From: a virus
Lineage: Duplodnaviria > Caudoviricetes
Virus record (IMG/VR): IMGVR_UViG_3300046030_000054
Coordinates: 1 to 64,000 of that record
Reading direction: 5' to 3' (one strand)
DNA length: 64,000 nucleotides
Shown: piece by piece, positions 1-8,394 of the stretch
Numbering within the stretch: the first letter of the stretch is position 1
How the letters are laid out: each line of letters starts with the position of its first letter
Program-made: the position numbers and the translations under genes
Notes under the pieces: generated by a model
Databases searched by the model: none
What the model was told of the DNA's origin: nothing
What the model saw: only the letters and a program-made list of their open reading frames with translations

Positions 1-30
1 ATTCGTTCAAGTTATTTCTTGCAATCTGCC
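1..30 (-). mobile_element. Probable IS30-family terminal inverted repeat (IS body would lie left of the window)
   Basis: Reverse complement GGCAGATTGCAAGAAATAACTTGAACG resembles lactobacillus IS30-family ends as I recall them (GGTAGATTGTAAAATTAATCCGAACG); 20 bp recur inverted at 36683-36702. Confidence 0.5.
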
Positions 31-287
31 TTAAATTATAGTTAAGTGTTCTATTCTGTTCAATCATGGTGACTAAATTAAACAAAATCCGACACCGTGA
101 CAGTGCCCTAATCCACTCGGCTTGAGCACCCCAAAATCGGAATTTTGGCACCTCACATTATCCCTGTCATACCAACCATTACAGCTTCTTCCATAATCTT
201 AATCAACTCAACTCTCTAAAACTGACACTTGCATACTCAACCCCAAAATCCAGCATGCTGTCCACTCAACCCTCTAGTTGAATAAGC

Positions 288-336
288 AAAAAGTGTACTA
301 ATTCCAATCATCAATAGAAAAATTAGTACACTTTTT
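288..336. terminator. 16-bp perfect inverted repeat, bidirectional terminator-like, at a unit end
   Basis: AAAAAGTGTACTAATT (288-303) / AATTAGTACACTTTTT (321-336); homologue at 39923-39969. Confidence 0.7.
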
Positions 337-372
337 ATCTATCAGGAATGCCATTACGCCGGCATTTGTGAG

Positions 373-445
373 CTATTTTCCTACCCGTTTCAGCACCGTT
401 ACGCACTCAACATGCCACGAGCTTAATTGATTAATTACACATTCT
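373..445 (-). other. Unit junction 1 (att-like): conserved arm fused to an rlmD/rumA-like 3' remnant HVECVTVLKRVGK*
   Basis: Minus strand GAATGTGTAATT..CTCGTGGCATGTTGAG; translation of 414-373 resembles the RlmD C-terminus; same structure at 40008-40080. Confidence 0.65.
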
Positions 446-621
446 TGCTGAACCGCTTTATTCGGTAGCTTTTGTTATTTACAATGAATTAGCACAGTTA
501 TTAACTCGGGAACACAATGCCGGATTTCAGCTAAAATTCGACATGAATTGTAGAGCTCAAATTCTAGTGGTTTGTGGGAACAAGCAAGTATCAAAAAATG
601 GATTAGGTAATTTGTGGAAAA

Positions 622-1020
622 CTAGATTCCCATTTGATGCTTTATGATTTGTGTAATCACCCCAGCTGCTACATTAGAAACTAATGTCAGCGAAACACTA
701 GAAAATTTGGACAAAATATTTTTAGTGTCTTTCCACACTCCGTCATCTCTGATGTTATCTAAGAATTTATGACCTTCATAAGTTAAGTTCCCTGGAGAAA
801 TAATAACAGGTTGATTATTTCCCCATTGTACATCACCAGTAATGTATTTTGCCTCCTTTAATTTCATCACTGTATAGGCAATTTGATTTCTATCATATTC
901 ACCATAATTACTAAGATTAGCTAACAGCTCATCTTCCAGAGGCCCTGTTATATTTTTACTTGACTCAATTGAAAGCATTGTATATCTCACCAAATCATGA
1001 TTTAACTTCAAATTATTCAC
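622..1020 (-). CDS. DUF2513-family protein
   Basis: KLNHDLVR start and LTYEGHKFLDNIRDDGVWKDTK motif. Confidence 0.75.
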   Translation of the reverse strand: MNNLKLNHDLVRYTMLSIESSKNITGPLEDELLANLSNYGEYDRNQIAYTVMKLKEAKYITGDVQWGNNQPVIISPGNLTYEGHKFLDNIRDDGVWKDTKNILSKFSSVSLTLVSNVAAGVITQIIKHQMGI

Positions 1021-2991
1021 CTACTTTACCGCATACGAAACCTGATCAGTAATATCACAAATTTCAGAAATCTTAGCAATGATAGCTAAAATCACTGTTG
1101 CTGAGAAGTTAGTTTCTACCACTGTTCCATTTTCCAATTTTTCTGGCGCATTCCCTGGCCTAAAGAGCATCCGGCTCAACTGGCGATTTTCTTTGATACG
1201 ATCAAAGTTAAGGCTATCCTTATTCCAAATATCATTAAGGAAAGTAACTAGCATTTGACGCCAAGTTTTTACCGGATATTCATTTTCACTAATCGTGATT
1301 TGAACTGGTTTTTTACCAGTAACATCAGTGGTCTGATCAATAGTATATTCACCAGTAACTTCTTCTTCATTAACCTCTTTGATATCAGGCATTGGGAAGA
1401 TTTGGATTAACTCTTTCGTCAATTTTTCAGTTCGATCAACGATAGAGTCTTTCCCCCACTTATCATATGTTTCTGCAACTTCCCGGGTAAGAGATACATT
1501 CGATTCCTTATAGAATTCTTTTTTCTCACTGTAAGGTTTGTTGCTCATTTCTTGGTTGTATTTCGTGAGAGTTAAATTTCCCAGCGTACCACCATATTGT
1601 TCCTTCACCTTGTCGGCATTAGTGACTTGAAGTCGCCATTCGGCATTGAGTCTTTGTGGCATAATGTGCTCAACCTGGGCATCATCAAAGTTTATTGTTT
1701 CCCTGGTCCGATATTCTTCTAGAACAACCAAAGATAATTTAGCCAGGTGATTCCTTTGATGATATAAATCTACTTCCATCAAGCCATTCGCTAATTTACG
1801 GTCATCAGGAAAATTAGCCTTGAGTAGTCTAAGTAGTCTGAGTCTTAAATTACCTGCTTCCTTGGATAGATCACATAGTCCTACAACAATTTTATTTAGC
1901 CCATTGGTTGGCATTTGGCATGCTTTCAACCGGAATAAATAACTTTCTAGAATATGCGCCAGCTTATTGGCTTCCTCCTGATCGGTTTCACCTGTATCAA
2001 CTAAATCCATTAACAGCATCAAATAAGGAAATACAACCTTGCTATCCATTACGTTGATATGCTCTAAGATTTTGTTAAAGACATCATCATCGGATTTATA
2101 ATTTAGAATCTGATCATAGTAGGTAGCAAACTTAAACAGATCAGCCAAAGCATCTTCCGAACTTAATCCTTGAGAGATGAAATAGTCCTTGTAGCTGTTA
2201 TAAACACCATTTCTTTTAACAGACACATGCGTTTTTACAACTAGATAATGTCGGATGAATTCAGCAAAAGTCTTAGTTGCAAACATCCGCTCTATCTTAA
2301 CCCAGTATTTTTTATAAAGGTCCGACTGCTCCTGCGAATCTAGTTTCATTAAAAGAAAGTTTCGCACTAGATCCGAGGATGAGAGTGAAACCCCAGTTGA
2401 GTTTAAACTTTCAAAAATGACTTGCGGATTTTCTTCATTAGGATCACTACTTAACTCAATATAAACCATGTTGAAGTGATTCATTGCTTCATACAATTTA
2501 GAACTATCAATGTCTGAATTACTAATCAATTTTTGAAACAGTCGATAGTTATCGATGACTTTTGACGGCTGATCGTAATCAGCCATTTCATTCATAACAG
2601 ATTCAAATGCTTCATAGTCATGCTCGACCGGCTTTAACTTAAGGTGATTATTATCATCAAGATATTTATTGGTTAAATATTCTTCCTCAATTTCAGCGTG
2701 GTCTTGTTTATCAGCATCTGATAATGCCTTTAGTAGCAGAGTCAAACTAGTTAAACGTTGCTGTCCATCAATGATGCGATAGATATGACTCATCTTATTT
2801 CCAGTTTCAGTAACATAAACAATCGCGCCTATAAAATGATCAGTATCGTTTTGTGCAGCTATCGTTAAATCCTTAAAAAGCTGCTCACACTGTGCTTTAT
2901 CCCATTCATAATTTCGCTGAAAAACAGGGATTTCAAAAATAGTTTTCCCACTTCCTAGGAAATCAAACAGATGGATACTATCAGCTTTCAT
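1021..2991 (-). CDS. gmrSD: GmrSD-like type IV restriction endonuclease (DUF262 + DUF1524 HNH) with extra C-terminal domain
   Basis: IPVFQRNYEW, IIDGQQRLT, IFESLNSTG motifs; C-terminal EHIMPQ..LGNLTL..N. Confidence 0.85.
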   Translation of the reverse strand: MKADSIHLFDFLGSGKTIFEIPVFQRNYEWDKAQCEQLFKDLTIAAQNDTDHFIGAIVYVTETGNKMSHIYRIIDGQQRLTSLTLLLKALSDADKQDHAEIEEEYLTNKYLDDNNHLKLKPVEHDYEAFESVMNEMADYDQPSKVIDNYRLFQKLISNSDIDSSKLYEAMNHFNMVYIELSSDPNEENPQVIFESLNSTGVSLSSSDLVRNFLLMKLDSQEQSDLYKKYWVKIERMFATKTFAEFIRHYLVVKTHVSVKRNGVYNSYKDYFISQGLSSEDALADLFKFATYYDQILNYKSDDDVFNKILEHINVMDSKVVFPYLMLLMDLVDTGETDQEEANKLAHILESYLFRLKACQMPTNGLNKIVVGLCDLSKEAGNLRLRLLRLLKANFPDDRKLANGLMEVDLYHQRNHLAKLSLVVLEEYRTRETINFDDAQVEHIMPQRLNAEWRLQVTNADKVKEQYGGTLGNLTLTKYNQEMSNKPYSEKKEFYKESNVSLTREVAETYDKWGKDSIVDRTEKLTKELIQIFPMPDIKEVNEEEVTGEYTIDQTTDVTGKKPVQITISENEYPVKTWRQMLVTFLNDIWNKDSLNFDRIKENRQLSRMLFRPGNAPEKLENGTVVETNFSATVILAIIAKISEICDITDQVSYAVK

Positions 2992-2994
2992 CTA

Positions 2995-5900
2995 TTATTC
3001 CTCCCCAAATTCTCGTTGGACGACTTCCTGCAAAGTACCTTCTTGGGCATATTTAGCAGCATCAATTTGCTTAAAGTGCTTTTCCATCAAGGAATCCTTT
3101 ATTTCTTTATCAAAGCCAAAAATATAGTTAGTAGCGATCAGATAAATAATCCGCGTTGGTGCAAATCCATAAACCTGATGCTCCATAATATGCCTAATTC
3201 GTTCATGATCATCAGGGAAAAGTTGCTTCATCTTCTCGCTTCGGAAGAGACGCTTTACAATCTCGGTGATATATAATCCAGATTTCATGTAAAGGTCAGC
3301 AAAAGTCTTATCTGGATCATCAAAGATCCCTGGATTATTTGTTTCAAGATCATCCACCATATGTTTAACAACTGCTTTTGGTGTAAAAATCTGATTGGTC
3401 TTTTGAGGTGGGATGTAATCGAAAATATCCTCTTTGCTACTATCATCGAAATAGTTACTTAATTGCTCCATCTTCTCCAGGAATTGTTGAATAGAGTCGT
3501 TAAAGACATCCTTGTCAAATAAGTGACCATCAAAATGTTTCTTTTCATTAGTGTTGGCATCAACATAGTCACCACCATCACGTAAGAAACGGAATTGATC
3601 CTCAGTGATACCTGTCACTTCTTTGAACACATCGTCCTCAGTGTAGTCATCAAAATTCTGAAGTGTCAGATTTTTATCACCATAGGCCATGATAAAACTA
3701 GGAATTGTACGAGAAAAGCCACGCAGGTGTGCCCGAGCGTCCTCTTCAACGTTGTTCAACTTCTTTTGTTCTTCGTTCTTCTCAACACGTTCAACTACTT
3801 TAGCCGGAACATCTTCAATAGTCTGTTTTACGTGGTCTTGCACTCTTTTACCAAAATCATCCACAATATTTTGAACAGTGGTTTCGTATTTTACCTTGGC
3901 TTCGTTAAGTTCTGCTTGGTCACGTGCAGCATCTTGTTCCTTCTTATAATTAACTTCGGCTACTTTCTTCTGATCGTTAAGTTCGTCAGCAATCTTATTT
4001 AGAGCCTGTTCATTTTCTTTCTCAATCCGTTGCTGTTGCTTTTTAGCTTCTCTCTTTGACAAACCATAATCGTTAGCGACTCTGTTAACAACTTCTTTAT
4101 TTAAGGAGTCATTAACCTTCTTAGAAATAGACTTAGCAGCTGACTTAAAATCAGTGCTATCCGTATCAGATACTGAATAAACCAATTGATTTCCTAAATC
4201 AGAGTAAACCTTATCACCAAAAAGCTCCTTCGATTTGCCAATTACCCTTTCCTTAGGAATTTCAACTTCACCATCGTCATTAACAGAAACTTCTTCTGCA
4301 CCTTCGATGGCATCTTCATCACTTTTCTTAGCTTTACCCTCTTTAGCAGCTACTAAGCCATTCAAAATTTCACGTACTTCTGCAGGTGCTGCAAAGATTC
4401 GAGAAATATTGGTAAATAGGAAATTACTCATAAAGCCACGTTTAACAACTTCTTGTGACTTTAGCTGACGAGGAATAGACATTACTTGCTTAGCATCAAG
4501 TTCAACCATCTTCCCATTGTCATCTTCACCGATAACTGGGAAAAAATTCAGTAGTTTACGAATGTTCGTTTCATGCTCAGCAGCGGTCCCTTTGCCATTT
4601 GAAGTTTCAGCCATTAAGTCATTAGCAAATTCGTCAAAGATAGTCAGTGTCCGTGTTGGGTCAAAATCAAAAACATAGGCATTTTCTTTTTGTATTAACT
4701 CGCCATTACGCTCAAAAGTATATGGATTTTGTGCTCTAAAGGCAGCCTGCATGTACTCGGCGGGACTCTTCATACTGGAAAGCATCAAAACGGCCGACCA
4801 AGGTTTAACTGTTACACCAGTAGTCAGTTGGCCCACGCTTAAAGTGATAGTTTTATCGTATTCTTTAGTTGCTTTTTGAACTTTATCAAAGGCTTTCTCA
4901 TTGGCCTTATCAAGTTGATCATCATTTAATTGGTCATCATCAAGTTTGCCATCACCTGCCGCAAGAATAATATGATAATGTTTAAAAACAGGATGCTGCT
5001 TCAGTTTCTTTGCCAGAGCTTTAGCACTATCTACTCGGTTAAGCAGCCAAAAAGTATGTGCAAGTTCTGTTCTTAATTCTGGAGTTGAGAATGGGTATTT
5101 TTCTCCAGTAGTTAATGTATCAAGAAAATGATCCACTGCTTTATCGTAAACAAATTTATCATTCTGCGTTTTGAAAAATTCATTTAAATCAAATGCTGGA
5201 TCTGCTTTGTCACCATTGTCTAAATCAACACCCTGTTTTAAAGTGTCTGCTATCATTTCTGATAATTGGTAAGTAAACATGTTTAAGCGTGGCATTACGG
5301 CATATGGATTGCTACCACCTTCAGCATCTTCATTCCAATCGGCTTTGGCTTGTTGTTCATCAGCATAAGACCAGTTGTAGATTTGATCTGCAGCAAATTT
5401 ACCTTTGGCTAGGGCCTTAAACGGTGTACCAGTAAGATGAAGTGTATACTTACGTTTGATTTTGTCGAATGCCTTATCCGTCTTATAAGTATCCACACCT
5501 TCATGGGCCTCATCAATGATCAATAAATCCCAGTTAAGATCTTCAATCCACTTTAATTTGTCGTATTCTCCACCAAAGTAAACCGAACCTTTTAACCCTT
5601 GAAGACTCTCAAAAACAACCTGACCATAATCATTGCCATCAGAAATGGAATCAATAAATTCCTGACGAGAAAGTACTGGCTTATCTTTTAAGGCATCCGT
5701 TTCACTAACGAATTTAAGATTAGTTTGCCAGGCAATAAATTTGTCAAAATCATCAAACCAGGAGTTTGCAATACTAGGCCGATTTGTAACTACCAGTACA
5801 TTCTGCATCTGCATCTTACGGATTAAGTCATAAGTAGTGAGTGTCTTACCAAACCGTGGCTTAGCATTCCACAAGAATTCGCTGCCTTCACCATTTTTAA

Positions 5901-6339
5901 GAAAGTAAGCAATTGTTTGATCAACTGCCTTTTGCTGTTCTTTACGAAGCTCATACTGAACATGCTTATCATTACCTTGAACATTCCCATAATCACGGTC
6001 AGCAAATTCGTGAAAGTAATGATGTGAAGTTGGACCATCAATGTGAAACCACTCTGTCCTAGGTTTCCGTTCAATCTGCTTTTTCTGGGTTAAGTAATCA
6101 TGAAAATCATGGTCGGTAAAGGTTTCATCGGACCCATCTTCATATCGAGCATTGCCACGCCATAACAATTTAACTTTGGCATCAACGGTATGGCTCTGTT
6201 GCTTAATTCGATCTTCAACAGATTGTGATGCAGTGTAACCTATCTTAGTCCATCCATTATGTGAAATATCGTTAGGAGTGGTGTAGGCATAAATCATTGG
6301 AATGATTCGTTTGAATGATTTAATTTTAGGCATTGCCAT
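2995..6339 (-). CDS. Restriction helicase-nuclease: N-terminal GIY-YIG/T5orf172-like domain, SF2 helicase, coiled coil, C-terminal MTase-like half
   Basis: TKIGYT..R..EWF; AKPRFGKT; IIDEAH; LTGTP; C-terminal QIFTP..FADLYMKSG. Confidence 0.8.
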   Translation of the reverse strand: MAMPKIKSFKRIIPMIYAYTTPNDISHNGWTKIGYTASQSVEDRIKQQSHTVDAKVKLLWRGNARYEDGSDETFTDHDFHDYLTQKKQIERKPRTEWFHIDGPTSHHYFHEFADRDYGNVQGNDKHVQYELRKEQQKAVDQTIAYFLKNGEGSEFLWNAKPRFGKTLTTYDLIRKMQMQNVLVVTNRPSIANSWFDDFDKFIAWQTNLKFVSETDALKDKPVLSRQEFIDSISDGNDYGQVVFESLQGLKGSVYFGGEYDKLKWIEDLNWDLLIIDEAHEGVDTYKTDKAFDKIKRKYTLHLTGTPFKALAKGKFAADQIYNWSYADEQQAKADWNEDAEGGSNPYAVMPRLNMFTYQLSEMIADTLKQGVDLDNGDKADPAFDLNEFFKTQNDKFVYDKAVDHFLDTLTTGEKYPFSTPELRTELAHTFWLLNRVDSAKALAKKLKQHPVFKHYHIILAAGDGKLDDDQLNDDQLDKANEKAFDKVQKATKEYDKTITLSVGQLTTGVTVKPWSAVLMLSSMKSPAEYMQAAFRAQNPYTFERNGELIQKENAYVFDFDPTRTLTIFDEFANDLMAETSNGKGTAAEHETNIRKLLNFFPVIGEDDNGKMVELDAKQVMSIPRQLKSQEVVKRGFMSNFLFTNISRIFAAPAEVREILNGLVAAKEGKAKKSDEDAIEGAEEVSVNDDGEVEIPKERVIGKSKELFGDKVYSDLGNQLVYSVSDTDSTDFKSAAKSISKKVNDSLNKEVVNRVANDYGLSKREAKKQQQRIEKENEQALNKIADELNDQKKVAEVNYKKEQDAARDQAELNEAKVKYETTVQNIVDDFGKRVQDHVKQTIEDVPAKVVERVEKNEEQKKLNNVEEDARAHLRGFSRTIPSFIMAYGDKNLTLQNFDDYTEDDVFKEVTGITEDQFRFLRDGGDYVDANTNEKKHFDGHLFDKDVFNDSIQQFLEKMEQLSNYFDDSSKEDIFDYIPPQKTNQIFTPKAVVKHMVDDLETNNPGIFDDPDKTFADLYMKSGLYITEIVKRLFRSEKMKQLFPDDHERIRHIMEHQVYGFAPTRIIYLIATNYIFGFDKEIKDSLMEKHFKQIDAAKYAQEGTLQEVVQREFGEE

Positions 6340-6342
6340 TGT

Positions 6343-7380
6343 CTAGTCCATCTCCTTTACTTTGGTTTCAATAAAATTGATTTCTTCCTGGTTTAATCCA
6401 TATTTCTTGTACAGTTGCTGATCAATATCATGAACGGATTTTGACCAATCTATATCAGAATGTTGGGTAAAGTCTTGCAATGGAATATTAACCCAAGTGC
6501 GTTTCTTATTATCCTGCGTTACTTTCAGCGTACCTAGCATCGCTCGTGCAAATTTCGACTTAATATATTTCATAGCCGCTTTCGTACAATTTATATCTTG
6601 AAAGTTACCAATTGTAATAAATGTTTGAGTTCCCCCGATTAGGGGTTCCCCGATTAGGGGTGTGGTTAAAACCTCTCCAAGTGCACCGCTACCATTTGAT
6701 TTAGGAACTAAAATTTTGTAATTTTCCAGATTATCCGGTCCCTTAACATACTTACTCTTGATCCATTTTAACGTTCTTCGATTATTTTGCCGACCGTATA
6801 ATCCTACATATTGCTCTGAACTACCAGAAGGCTTTACATTTTGAAAAATATCACCTAATTTATCAAAAATGTTAGTAGTAATATCAAATTTATGTCCCTT
6901 ACTTAATCGCGACCCTATATCTGGAAAATCGTCATGTAATTTTTGGGTAAGCTTATAGCTTTCTGGCGCATAAATAAGTTCACTAAATGATTTAAAATTG
7001 CTTGTTTTTACTTTTTTTAGTATAGAATTTAATTCTGCATAGGGTGTAAATGTACCAATTGCGCCAAAACTCGAATCTACATCTCGATATGTAACACAAA
7101 CTCCACCTTTAATATCTGTATTACTAAAAACTTTACTACTATCCTGCTCGAAAAAAAGTACTTTTAAATGAGGATCTTTTAACATCTTCTCATTCCATTT
7201 TTTGGGCGTTTTTCCTGCATTAGATAAGAATTTAGCGGGTGTTATTAGCTCAACCTTTTTTCCAATTTTATAGGCCTGATCCATAAAATATGGAAAAATC
7301 TGTTTATCACTAGTTCCCTCAACTTCTTCTTGATATGGTGGATTACCAATTACAACATCAAATTTAAATTCTTTACTCAT
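6343..7380 (-). CDS. Eco57I-type adenine methyltransferase catalytic/target-recognition subunit
   Basis: FDVVIGNPPY at the N-terminus, LITPAKF, TRD-like C-terminus; no SAM-binding motif I seen. Confidence 0.8.
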   Translation of the reverse strand: MSKEFKFDVVIGNPPYQEEVEGTSDKQIFPYFMDQAYKIGKKVELITPAKFLSNAGKTPKKWNEKMLKDPHLKVLFFEQDSSKVFSNTDIKGGVCVTYRDVDSSFGAIGTFTPYAELNSILKKVKTSNFKSFSELIYAPESYKLTQKLHDDFPDIGSRLSKGHKFDITTNIFDKLGDIFQNVKPSGSSEQYVGLYGRQNNRRTLKWIKSKYVKGPDNLENYKILVPKSNGSGALGEVLTTPLIGEPLIGGTQTFITIGNFQDINCTKAAMKYIKSKFARAMLGTLKVTQDNKKRTWVNIPLQDFTQHSDIDWSKSVHDIDQQLYKKYGLNQEEINFIETKVKEMD

Positions 7381-7383
7381 TTT

Positions 7384-8121
7384 CTATCCCATCCTAAATA
7401 CTTTAGTAATAATAATTTTCTGCTTACTCGTATCATCACTATTTTCTAAGTCATCAAATAGACTTAATTGACCTTCATTAGCGCCTATATCATTTGCATC
7501 ACTATTATTGAACAATGATTTAAAAGTAAAAATCTCTCGTTCAACTTTTGATCCAGACGGAATCCAGTTGCTAAAAGTAATTAACTTTCCATCATCATTT
7601 CTATAGGTAAGTGTATTACCCTGGACGATATTTAAATTGATTACATATTTTGCTGATTTATAAACATCAGTTTTTGAACTCAAACTTTTCTGCATAAAGG
7701 CTTGATAATGATTGACAAAAATATTCATCATTGCTTCTTTTGATCGAGCTAAATTATCTTTCAACAATTCAATAGCGTAAATGCTCATTAATGACCATAA
7801 TGCGTTACTTTTCCAAGTTGTTTTATTAGAAATTTGGTCTACATAGTTCAGCTTCTGATGTAGGATTTCTTTCAAGAAAGCACCCTCACCTGCACTAGGT
7901 TCAAAAAAAGTGGCATGCAGATCATGAAGCTTTTCTTGAATAGCCGGTTCAGACAGCATCTTTTTCACCATCCATTTAGGGGTAAAAACTTCACCATGAT
8001 GTTGAACTCGTTCCTTAGACTTAATTAGGTGACCATCATCACCTATTGCTTTTAATTCAAATTTTTTATGATCGGTTTCAAATTTTTGATCATCGAAAAG
8101 GCTTATTTCTTCCTTGCTCAT
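7384..8121 (-). CDS. Methyltransferase N-terminal half (SAM-binding motif I)
   Basis: HGEVFTP..FFEPSAGEGAFL..IYAIEL..NIVQGNTL; lacks NPPY. Confidence 0.8.
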   Translation of the reverse strand: MSKEEISLFDDQKFETDHKKFELKAIGDDGHLIKSKERVQHHGEVFTPKWMVKKMLSEPAIQEKLHDLHATFFEPSAGEGAFLKEILHQKLNYVDQISNKTTWKSNALWSLMSIYAIELLKDNLARSKEAMMNIFVNHYQAFMQKSLSSKTDVYKSAKYVINLNIVQGNTLTYRNDDGKLITFSNWIPSGSKVEREIFTFKSLFNNSDANDIGANEGQLSLFDDLENSDDTSKQKIIITKVFRMG

Positions 8122-8164
8122 TTTAAATAAATGTCACCTCTATCCTCCTGTATTATTCCTTCTG

Positions 8165-8383
8165 TTACTTTCGTACGATCTCCATAATGTCACTAATATC
8201 GCAGTCTAAGGCCTTACAAACCTTTAGTAATACCTCAATCGTAACATTACCATTCCTACCCAACTTAGCAATTGAAGCGGCACTAACTCCACTAGCCTGT
8301 TGTAGATCTTTCTTTTTCATGCCACGATCAATTAATAGCTTCCATAATTTGTTGTAACTGATGCTTAAGTTTTCGTTATTCAT
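8165..8383 (-). CDS. Cro/C1-type HTH regulator (HTH_26-like)
   Basis: ISYNKLWKLLIDRGMKKKDL..SAASIAKL..CKALDC; paralogue at 48920-49165. Confidence 0.85.
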   Translation of the reverse strand: MNNENLSISYNKLWKLLIDRGMKKKDLQQASGVSAASIAKLGRNGNVTIEVLLKVCKALDCDISDIMEIVRK

Positions 8384-8394
8384 GATTACTTCCT

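Noticed and set aside
2971-6074. Short ORFs overlapping the large defence genes on the other strand or frame
   Set aside because: Shadow ORFs of long, motif-supported CDSs; the same applies to those within terL, portal, recombinases, pncB, res and mod.
6631-6661. Tandem CCCCGATTAGGGG repeat in the Eco57I-type gene as a shufflon or phase-variation site
   Set aside because: It is an in-frame 15-nt period encoding PLIGEPLIG; no spare TRD cassettes or invertase are nearby.
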